Below, piece after piece: positions 55,920 to 63,757 of a DNA stretch of 64,000 bases. The translations under genes and the position numbers were made by a program. The notes beneath the pieces were generated by a model that saw only the letters and a program-made list of their open reading frames with translations, ran no database searches and had not been told where the DNA came from. Source of the stretch: a bacterium (lineage in GTDB: Bacteria > Krumholzibacteriota > Krumholzibacteriia > LZORAL124-64-63); NCBI GenBank assembly GCA_016719645.1, contig JADJYS010000014.1, forward strand, positions 69,467 through 133,466, read 5' to 3'. Each line of letters begins with the position of its first letter. Position 1 is the first letter of the stretch.

Positions 55920-58205
55920 CTAGTTCGTGTTGCCGCTGGCGCCGGCGGGGCCGCTCGGACCATTGGGAGCGCCGCCCGCGCCGCCGCTGCCGCCCATCCC
56001 GATCATGAAGGTCGTGCCGCTCATCGCCGGTGCGCCGCCCTGGCTCCAGATGCCGTAGCTCGGGCCGCCGTGGCCGCCAGCGCCGCCGCCGCCCTGACCG
56101 CCCTGGCCGCCATGGCCGCCGGCGCCGCCCCGGCCGATCTCGCCGAGGCAGTTCGCGCCGCCGGTCCCGCCGCCGCCGCCCGCGCCGCCGCTGCCGCCCG
56201 GGGCGCCGGGTCCGCCGCTGCCGCCGGCGCCGGTGATGATCAGGCAGTCGTTCAGGACCGGCGAAGCATCGATCGCCAACAGCCCGAAGGAAGCGCCGCC
56301 GCTCAGGCCGCCGCTGCCGCCCATGCCGCCGTAGCCGCCGCCGCCACCGCCGCCGCCGCTGTTGCCCACCCCGTCGTCGCAGAAGGTGCACTCCTGGCCA
56401 CCGCCGCCGCCGCCACCGCCGCCGCCGTAGCCGCCGACGCCGTTGCCGCCGGCGCCGCCGACGTTCGGCAGCCAAGCGTCGCCGACGATCTGGCCGGCCG
56501 CGGGGGCGACCGTCCCGGCGGCGCCGATCGAGCCGTTGGCGCCGTTCTGTCCGTTGCCGCCCGAGCTGCCGGGATCGCCCGTGAAGCCGCCGCTGCCGCC
56601 GGAACCGCCGGGAGCGCCGGCACCGCTGGCGCCGGCCCCGGCGCTGGAGCCGTTGCCGAGCTGGTTGCCGGCGAAACCGCCGGTGCCGCCGACGAAGGCG
56701 CCGGCGCCGCCGGCGCCGCCCGGACAGGCGTAGACCCCGTCGCAGCTCCCCGGCAGGCCGGTCGAGCCGTTGCCGCCGGCGGCGCCGGTTGAGCCGGGCG
56801 TGCCGCCCAGGGCCGCCCCGCCGTTGCCGCCGCGCAGCTTGCAGTTCTCGAAGACGAGCGCGCTGCTGCAGTCGGTCGCCGTGACCGCGATCGAGACCCC
56901 GGACGTGGTCGCAGCGTTGGCGGCGACCACCTCGAAGCCCCGGATGGTCGTCGGGCTGGTGATGGCCTGGGCGCGCAGCGGGCGCGTGGAGCCGGTGACG
57001 ACCGAGTAGACGCCGGGCTGCTCGGCCCAGGTGACCGCGGCGAGGCCGCCGGTCAGGTTGATGCCGTCGATCAGGAACACGACCTCGTTGTAGGTGCCCT
57101 CGGTGACCAGGACCTGGTCGAGCATGAGGGACTGGGCGAGGGCGAGGCCGTGGCTGATGGTCTTGACCGGGGACGTCAGGCCGCCGCTGTCGCCGTCGTC
57201 GCCGGTCGGCGTGACGAAGATGGCCAGGGGAACCGGCGGCACGACCGTCACCTGCACCACCGCCAGCCCGATCCCGCCGTCGTCGTCGGTCACGCGCAGC
57301 TTGGCCAGGTACTGGCCCTGCGACGGGTAGACGTGCAGCGCGTTGGCGTTGGCGGCGCTGCTCCAGTCGAAGACGCCGTCGTCCTCGAAGTCCCACTCGT
57401 AGAGGACGACCGTGCCGTCGGCGTCGGTCGCGACCGCGCCGAACGACGTCGCGTCCCCCTCGGCCGACGTCGAGGCGGTCAGCGCGCTCGCGACGGGCGG
57501 GATATTGGCGTTCAGGCGCAGGAACATCGCCGGCAGGGCCACGACGTCGCCCGCGGCAACCAGGGATCCCGCGGCGGTGTCGTCGAGGTAGCCCGCGTGC
57601 ATGGCGCGGGCCGGCCACGCGCCCACCGGCACGCCGGTCAGGCTGTAGTCGCCGGCCGCGTCGGTGACCGCCACGTACGACGTCCCCTCCAGGAAGACGA
57701 CGGTGCCGGTGTGATCGACCGCGTTCTCGAGCGTGGCGTTGCCCAGGAAGGTGCCGGTCGGCACGAGCTGGATGTCGACGAAGGTCGTCTCGGCGTTGGC
57801 CGCGACGCCGGGCGGGATCTCCAGGCTGCGGCTGTCGCCGGCGTGGTCGCGCAGCGACGAGGTCAGCAGGTAGGTGCCGGCGTCCAGGCCGGCGAAGGCG
57901 AAGCGGCCCGCGCGGTCGCTGACCGCGCTGCGCACGTCGCCGGACTTGTCGGCCGTCGCGGACGCGCCCGACAGCGCGCGCCCGACCGTCGCCGACAGGC
58001 CGCCCTCGAGGCGCTCCAGCGCCAGCACCGCGTCGGGCGCGGGCCGGCCGCCGGTGTCCAGCACGGTGCCGCTCAGGACCGCGCCCTCGCGGACCTCGAT
58101 GCCGGACAGGGGTTCGGTCGGCGGCGGCTGGTCGGAGCAGCCCCACAGGACGCCGATCAGCACGGCGGCCAGCAACAGGGCGATGAACGGGCGACGGGAG
58201 GTCAT
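55920..58205 (-). CDS. Large lipoprotein with CarbopepD_reg-like domains, a PKD-like domain, a beta-helix region and a ~290-aa glycine-rich low-complexity C-terminus
   Basis: LIGVLWGCSD lipobox. YEWDFEDDGVFD matches the PKD motif. The C-terminal third is GGxGG repeats ending GASGNTN. Confidence 0.8.
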   Translation of the reverse strand: MTSRRPFIALLLAAVLIGVLWGCSDQPPPTEPLSGIEVREGAVLSGTVLDTGGRPAPDAVLALERLEGGLSATVGRALSGASATADKSGDVRSAVSDRAGRFAFAGLDAGTYLLTSSLRDHAGDSRSLEIPPGVAANAETTFVDIQLVPTGTFLGNATLENAVDHTGTVVFLEGTSYVAVTDAAGDYSLTGVPVGAWPARAMHAGYLDDTAAGSLVAAGDVVALPAMFLRLNANIPPVASALTASTSAEGDATSFGAVATDADGTVVLYEWDFEDDGVFDWSSAANANALHVYPSQGQYLAKLRVTDDDGGIGLAVVQVTVVPPVPLAIFVTPTGDDGDSGGLTSPVKTISHGLALAQSLMLDQVLVTEGTYNEVVFLIDGINLTGGLAAVTWAEQPGVYSVVTGSTRPLRAQAITSPTTIRGFEVVAANAATTSGVSIAVTATDCSSALVFENCKLRGGNGGAALGGTPGSTGAAGGNGSTGLPGSCDGVYACPGGAGGAGAFVGGTGGFAGNQLGNGSSAGAGASGAGAPGGSGGSGGFTGDPGSSGGNGQNGANGSIGAAGTVAPAAGQIVGDAWLPNVGGAGGNGVGGYGGGGGGGGGGQECTFCDDGVGNSGGGGGGGGYGGMGGSGGLSGGASFGLLAIDASPVLNDCLIITGAGGSGGPGAPGGSGGAGGGGGTGGANCLGEIGRGGAGGHGGQGGQGGGGAGGHGGPSYGIWSQGGAPAMSGTTFMIGMGGSGGAGGAPNGPSGPAGASGNTN

Positions 58206-58224
58206 GGCAGGTTCCTTTCGCAAG

Positions 58225-58836
58225 TCAGCGGGTCAGGACCAGGGCGCGGGTGGAGGTCCGACCCTCGCTGCGGGCCTGGACGAGGTAGAGACCGGAAGGG
58301 GCGGGACGGCCGTCGGGGCCGCTCGCGTCCCACTCGTATTCGTGATCGCCGGCCGCGAGCGTCGCGGCGCTCCAGGTGCGCAGCAGCCGGCCGCCGGCGT
58401 CGTAGACGCTCAGCTGCACCGGCGCTTCCCGCCTCACGACGAGCCGCAGCTTGGTCGCGCCCGCGCTCGGGTTGGGCCAGGGCAGGGCCAGGCGCATCGC
58501 CGGCAGGTCCGCGGCCAGGGGCACGTCGGTGACGTCGTCGGCGACCTCGACGCCGTTGCGGTAGGCGACGACGTAGTCGTCGACCCGCACCTCCAGCGTG
58601 TAGACGCCGGCGGCGAGGCCGTCGAGGCAGTAGCGGCCGGTAGCGTCGGTGGCCGCATGGTCGCCGGTGTAGGCTCCGGCCGCGGTGCGCAGGAAGATGC
58701 CCGCCTGCGCGACGGGACCGCCGGTCGTGACGTCGGTGACGAGGCCGCAGATCGACGCGGCCGACGAGGGACCGGCGGCCAGCAGGGCGAGCAGAAGCGG
58801 CGGGATCGACCGGCGCGAGAAGCGGGTCGGCGGCAT
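58225..58836 (-). CDS. Secreted CarbopepD_reg-like domain protein with a degenerate T9SS-like C-terminal domain
   Basis: Signal peptide IPPLLLALLAAGPSSAAS. ...GRYCLDGLAAGVYTLEV. C-terminus WPNPSAGATKLRLVVRREAPVQLSVYDAGGRLLRTW. Confidence 0.65.
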   Translation of the reverse strand: MPPTRFSRRSIPPLLLALLAAGPSSAASICGLVTDVTTGGPVAQAGIFLRTAAGAYTGDHAATDATGRYCLDGLAAGVYTLEVRVDDYVVAYRNGVEVADDVTDVPLAADLPAMRLALPWPNPSAGATKLRLVVRREAPVQLSVYDAGGRLLRTWSAATLAAGDHEYEWDASGPDGRPAPSGLYLVQARSEGRTSTRALVLTR

Positions 58837-59126
58837 GGCGATTTCCCCCGGTGGCAGGACCGACTCCATCCCCGGCGTTCCGTCGACAGGCGCGTTCGAG
58901 CCGCCGAGGCCGCCGGAGACATGCGGGCGAACGGGCAGTCTACCACCACTCGGGAACAATAGGACTAATTTAATCCTTATTACAGGATAAGGTGCTGATC
59001 GAATTCCGGATCTCGAAGACGCTCGTTCAGTTGCGCGAGCCGCCCTGTTCGGCGTTAGGCGTGATGATCATCGATCATTCGCTCATCTTTGATAGCATCG
59101 AGATATCCGCACATCCGGCCCTGTGC

Positions 59127-59885
59127 CTACCTGTAGAGCACCTTGAGTTGACCCCAGTTCGCCGCTTCCTCGTGGACGTCCGTGACGGGCACGGCCCGCG
59201 ACCGGCCGTCGATCAGGTTGAACTCGAACCGCAGCTTGGCCTGCGGCGCCGTCGTCTCGAAGATGAAGTTGTCGCCGATGAACATGTTGTAGTGGACGCC
59301 CAGATTGCAGTAGTCCCAGGTGCCGACGACACGGAACTTGTACTCGTAGACTCCCGGGGCGCCGATCGTCACGTCGGTGAACCAGCCCGCCTCCCCCGTC
59401 TCGACCGGAACGCCGGTCAGCCAGTCGCCCAGTTCGGGCGCGCCGCCGATCAGCTCGAACTCGAATCCCGGTGTGAGGCTGATGTGGTCGCAGGCGACGG
59501 CGTTGGTCGCCGGCTGCCAGCCGCCGCCCAGCGTGTTGGTGTCGAGCCGGAAGTGGATCACGTCGCCGGGGTATTCCAGGTAGAGGACGGCGTTGGCCAG
59601 CGGGTGCATCCCATTGAACGGGTAGCTCTCGGACCAGTCGGCCGTGGCGATCTTCCAGCCGTGGCTGCCGGGAGCCTGGTCCGCGGTCACGAAGGCGCCG
59701 TGCACGCCGTCGTCCGCCGCGCCGTCGCCGTGCTGGCCGTCGTCGAACAACTCGTTGCCGGCATCGCAGCTCCAGATCCCGCCCGTGCCGGCGTAGAAGG
59801 TGCCGCGGGCATAGAAGGGACCGGCGAGCGCCGGGGCCGCGGCCGCGAACAGCAACAGGATCCAGGGAAGTGCCCTTGTCTTCAC
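59127..59885 (-). CDS. Secreted protein with CBM-like beta-sandwich region ending in the WGxLKVLYR tail
   Basis: GTG start 9 nt after GGAGG. Signal peptide ...AAAPALA-GP. C-terminus EEAANWGQLKVLYR*. Confidence 0.7.
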   Translation of the reverse strand: MKTRALPWILLLFAAAAPALAGPFYARGTFYAGTGGIWSCDAGNELFDDGQHGDGAADDGVHGAFVTADQAPGSHGWKIATADWSESYPFNGMHPLANAVLYLEYPGDVIHFRLDTNTLGGGWQPATNAVACDHISLTPGFEFELIGGAPELGDWLTGVPVETGEAGWFTDVTIGAPGVYEYKFRVVGTWDYCNLGVHYNMFIGDNFIFETTAPQAKLRFEFNLIDGRSRAVPVTDVHEEAANWGQLKVLYR

Positions 59886-59905
59886 GGCGGTCAACCTCCC
59901 GGTGC

Positions 59906-60835
59906 TCAGATTCCCGGCGTCGTCGACAGATAGAGCGCCTTGATGGCGCCCCAGTCGATGCTCTCGTCCATCGGCGCGGACGACCGCGCCGCCGAGAGCC
60001 CGACGACCAGTTCCTGGTGGCCGATCAGGTAGAAGTGGCAGCGGGTGCCGCCGCCGGGCTGCGCTTCTGCCATCGCCTTCACGTAGAACCGCTGCAGCGA
60101 GAACACCGTGATGGTGCTCGGATCTTCGGTGTCCAGATCGAAGACGACCCGCACCTCGAAGAAGGCCTGCGTGGCGTAGGGAAAGTAGGGGTCGTTCCCG
60201 GGAGCGACATCCCAATCGGAGAAGCGCACGAGCCGCTCGAACTCGACGTCGCGCACGCCGACCATCGGCTCGCCGCCGGGGCCGTGCCCCGGCTCGCCGG
60301 CGAACATGTTGGCCGTGGACTGGAGGTCCTCGGCGCGCGTGTAAACGCCGCTCGGAGGCGCCGCGGAGCTCCCCTCGGCGAAGACGAAGCGGAAGTCCGG
60401 GTGCAGGGCGGCGCCGTACTCGCCGAGGTCCATCTCGTCGTAGGCGTTGCGGAAGTTGGTCATGAGCTGCTGCGGGGTGTCGGGGAACGGGAAGCGGTCG
60501 ACGTAGGTCCCGGCGAACTCGACCTCCTCGCCGGCGGCCAGCGCCTGGGTCGCCGTCGCGGGTTCGGGAGCCGACCAGCCGGCCACGTCCCCCCAGGCGA
60601 GCGTGTAGTCGCCCGGGGCGAGATCCGCGAACGTCGCGTCGCCGGATCCCGACTGCGCGTAACCGTCCGGTCCCGTCACCTGCCACGGCGCCGCGAGGTC
60701 GTCGGGCGTGGCGTCGATCGCCAGCGTGCCGGTCAGCGGCACGACGGGCTGATGTTCATCGCCACAGCCGACGGCGACGGCGACGGCGAACGCCACCACG
60801 AGCATGCCGCGCGCGCACCGGAAGGGCCTGTGCAT
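59906..60835 (-). CDS. Lipoprotein, paralogue of 63084..63740, ending in the WGAIKALY tail
   Basis: AVAVAVGCGDE lipobox. Shared FPDTPQQLM..FRNAY...LHPDFRFVFA...STITV..LQRFYV motifs. C-terminus ESIDWGAIKALYLSTTPGI*. Start from the ORF-track frame. Confidence 0.7.
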   Translation of the reverse strand: MHRPFRCARGMLVVAFAVAVAVGCGDEHQPVVPLTGTLAIDATPDDLAAPWQVTGPDGYAQSGSGDATFADLAPGDYTLAWGDVAGWSAPEPATATQALAAGEEVEFAGTYVDRFPFPDTPQQLMTNFRNAYDEMDLGEYGAALHPDFRFVFAEGSSAAPPSGVYTRAEDLQSTANMFAGEPGHGPGGEPMVGVRDVEFERLVRFSDWDVAPGNDPYFPYATQAFFEVRVVFDLDTEDPSTITVFSLQRFYVKAMAEAQPGGGTRCHFYLIGHQELVVGLSAARSSAPMDESIDWGAIKALYLSTTPGI

Positions 60836-61087
60836 GGTTCCCCCCTCACGTCGATCATGATGGGCGATGAGTCCATGTCTCAATGACGATCATACACGAA
60901 TGAGAAGCAACCTGCACGACCGGCCCCAGGGCTGTTAATAACCGCCGCACCGCGCGGACGGCGCTTCGTCCGTCGTGCGGCGACTGGCAACGCACCGCCC
61001 GATCGGGTAGAATCGCCGTCTCCCGCGCGGTTCCCCGACGCCGTCGGCGGCGGGACCGATCACGACGCGGGACGATCGGAGGGTCCC

Positions 61088-62338
61088 GTGACCGCTTCCC
61101 TGACGCGTCCGCTCCTCACCGTCGCCCCCTGCCTGCTGTGCCTGCTGCTCGCCTGCTCCGACGGCGCGCCCGTCGTCGAGGACGAGGACACGGACACGAC
61201 CCCGCCCGACGCGATCACCGACCTGATCGCCCTGAACCCGACCTCGCAGTCGGCCACGCTGTATTGGACGGCCCCCGCCGACCGCCGCGACGACGGCGCG
61301 GACGGTTCGGTCGTCGCCTACGACCTGCGGGTGGCGGACGCCACGATCACCGAAGACAACTTCGACCAGGCGCGGGCGGTGGCAGGCGTCCCGGCGCCGG
61401 CGACGCCGCAGCTGATCCAGAGCCTGATCGTGACCGGGCTGACCCCGGGCGCCGCCAGCCACTTCTCGCTGCGGTCGCGCGACGCCGAGGGGAACTGGAG
61501 CGCCGTCTCCGACTGCCCCCACGTCGACTGCACGGCGCCCGTGGCCGTGGAATTCCCCGACCCCGGCCTGGAGCAGGCGATCCGCGCGCACGTCCACCGG
61601 CCGGCCGGCGGGCTGACCTCGTCGGACGTGGACACCATCCTGCACTTCACGGCCGCGGGAGCCGGGATCGCCGACCTGTCGGGGATGCAGGCCTGCCTGT
61701 CGCTGCGGACCGCCCGCCTGAGCGACAACGACATCGCCGGGCTCGAACCGCTGCGGCACCTGATCGACCTGCGCGGACTCTACCTGGACACGAACGCGGT
61801 GAGCGACCTGGAACCGCTCGCCGGCCTGCTGGACCTCCAGCAGCTCCACCTCACCTGGAACCCAGTCACCGACCTCTCGCCGCTGGTCATGCTGCAGCAG
61901 ATCCGGCAGCTGACCCTCTCGGGCACCGTCATCGCCGACTACACGCCGCTGACCTTCCTGGGGTACCTCAACGACCTCTACCTCGGCGACATGGAGCTGC
62001 AGAACATCGACTTCCTGGTGAACCTGCGCCAGCTGCGCCTGCTCAACCTGGAGATCAACCACATCCAGTCGCTGGAGGCGCTCCGGTACCACGACATGAT
62101 CGAGTCGCTCAACCTGATGCAGAACGGCATCGTGGATCTCGCACCGCTGGCCGGATTGACGAACCTGCGGAACCTGAACCTGGCCGGCAACCTCGTGGCC
62201 GACCTGCAGCCGCTGCTCGACAACGCGGGCCTGGGAGCGGGCGACGCCGTGGACCTCAGGAACAACCCGCTCTCGGCGCAGGCGCTGGCGGTGCAGGTGC
62301 CCGCGCTGGAGGGGCGCGGGGTGGTCGTGCAGCATTGA
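61088..62338 (+). CDS. Lipoprotein with fibronectin-III-like domain and leucine-rich repeats (internalin-like LRR)
   Basis: GTG start after GGAGGG. LLLACSDG lipobox. Repeated LxxLxxLxLxxNxIxDLxPL units. Confidence 0.8.
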   Translation: MTASLTRPLLTVAPCLLCLLLACSDGAPVVEDEDTDTTPPDAITDLIALNPTSQSATLYWTAPADRRDDGADGSVVAYDLRVADATITEDNFDQARAVAGVPAPATPQLIQSLIVTGLTPGAASHFSLRSRDAEGNWSAVSDCPHVDCTAPVAVEFPDPGLEQAIRAHVHRPAGGLTSSDVDTILHFTAAGAGIADLSGMQACLSLRTARLSDNDIAGLEPLRHLIDLRGLYLDTNAVSDLEPLAGLLDLQQLHLTWNPVTDLSPLVMLQQIRQLTLSGTVIADYTPLTFLGYLNDLYLGDMELQNIDFLVNLRQLRLLNLEINHIQSLEALRYHDMIESLNLMQNGIVDLAPLAGLTNLRNLNLAGNLVADLQPLLDNAGLGAGDAVDLRNNPLSAQALAVQVPALEGRGVVVQH

Positions 62339-62399
62339 TCGCGGCTCGGGACGACCGACGGCGCGCGGCACCTCGTCCGTATGCGGATGACCAGAACAT

Positions 62400-62946
62400 T
62401 CACCGATAGAGCGCCTTGACCTCGCCCCAGCAGAGCTCCTCCACGGGTTCGGGATAGTACAGCCACCCCATCCCTCCGCTCGCGGAAATCCAGCCCGTCC
62501 CGTCCGCGGCGTCGACCAGGACGACGGCATCGTCGGGATGGGGCAGGACTTCGACGTCGTAGACGAGGCCCTGACCGAAGACGATGAAATCGCCCTCCCC
62601 CAGCAGGACGATCCCGGTGTTGTCCGCGACGAGCACCGGCTCGTAGTCGACCTGGACGCCGGTCTCCGGGGGAGCCGGAGACCGTGGACGGCGGGAGCGA
62701 GAGGCTGTCGGCGTGCACGAACACGTGCGGGTCCGTCTCCAGCCGGAACCGCGCGGCGCCCACCTGTTCGAGATTCCTGGCGACGAGATAGAAGCGGACG
62801 GCGCTGAATGAGCTGGAGTAGTGCCCCCAGACGATCGTGCCGGCCTCGTCGAAGTACACCCCGAGGCTCGGATGGCCGCGCGGCTGGGCGCTGCCGGACG
62901 CAGCCGCCAGCATGGTCAAGACGGCGACGACGAGACTCCTCCTCAC
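62400..62946 (-). pseudogene. Small secreted protein with WGEVKALYR tail, interrupted by a frameshift in a G5/C5 homopolymer
   Basis: N-terminal part (GTG 62946, signal peptide MRRSLVVAVLTMLAAASGSAQP) and C-terminal part (...CWGEVKALYR*) are in different frames. Removing one base of the GGGGG run at ~62668..62672 restores a single ~181-aa ORF. Confidence 0.6.
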
Positions 62947-63083
62947 GGGAACACCTCCGTTGTCCGGTGGATCCGTACGCGTCCGTCTATTCGGAACGCA
63001 GCGCCGCACGGGCGCAGGTCATTGTCGGCATGGTCGGCGCCTTTCGATGGAGTACCGCGATGGTGGTCCAGGAATGGATCGTA

Positions 63084-63740
63084 TCATCTGTCCGGCGGCG
63101 AGTAGATCGCCTTGACCGATCCCCAGCTCATCGCCTCGCTCGACAGGAGGAGCGCGGCCGGATCCTCGGGCCCGTAATCCCGTTGTCCGATCAGGCTGCA
63201 ACGCAGGCGGGCCGGGCCGTCCCGCCGGACGACGGGTTCCGAAACGACATAGAAGTCCTGCCGGGAATCGATCGTGATCGTGCTGTGCGCGGGCGTGTCC
63301 AGCAGCAGGACGATCTGCACGTCGTAGACGGCCCGGCGGGAACCCGGGAACCGGGGGTCGTCCAGCGGCACGTCCAGCCAGTCGGTCCGGCGTTCGAAGC
63401 GATAGATGTCGATGCCGAGAACCCCGGGTTTCGGCCAGCCCTCGAAATCCCATCCCTGCTCCCCGTCGAACATGCGCCCGGAGGTGGCGAGCTCCTGCTC
63501 GCGTGTGAAGGCGCCGCCGGGGGGCGCGACGGGGCTGTCCGCCGCGAACACGAAGGTGAAATCCGCGTGCAGCGCGTCGCGGTACCCGTCGATGTCCCTC
63601 TCGCCGTAGGCTTGGCGGAAATCCGCCATGAGCTGGTCCGGCGTCTCGGGGAACGGGATCGGATCCACTTCCGCTGGTCCGTCGCCGCCGCAGCCGGCCA
63701 GGACGGCGACGAGCAGGACGGCATGCTTCCAGGCGGGCAT
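63084..63740 (-). CDS. Lipoprotein, paralogue of 59906..60835, ending in the WGSVKAIY tail
   Basis: GGGAGGG SD. LLVAVLAGCGG lipobox. FPETPDQLMADFRQAY...LHADFTFVFA...STITI..RQDFYV. C-terminus EAMSWGSVKAIYSPPDR*. Confidence 0.75.
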   Translation of the reverse strand: MPAWKHAVLLVAVLAGCGGDGPAEVDPIPFPETPDQLMADFRQAYGERDIDGYRDALHADFTFVFAADSPVAPPGGAFTREQELATSGRMFDGEQGWDFEGWPKPGVLGIDIYRFERRTDWLDVPLDDPRFPGSRRAVYDVQIVLLLDTPAHSTITIDSRQDFYVVSEPVVRRDGPARLRCSLIGQRDYGPEDPAALLLSSEAMSWGSVKAIYSPPDR

Positions 63741-63757
63741 GGTCGACCCTCCCCCGG

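Noticed and set aside
55780-58532. ORFs 55780..58146(-, Arg-rich 788 aa), 56070..56792(+), 57150..58532(+)
   Set aside because: Generated by the repetitive GC-rich DNA encoding the Gly-rich tail of 55920..58205. The reading frame with lipobox, PKD and beta-helix motifs is the genuine one.
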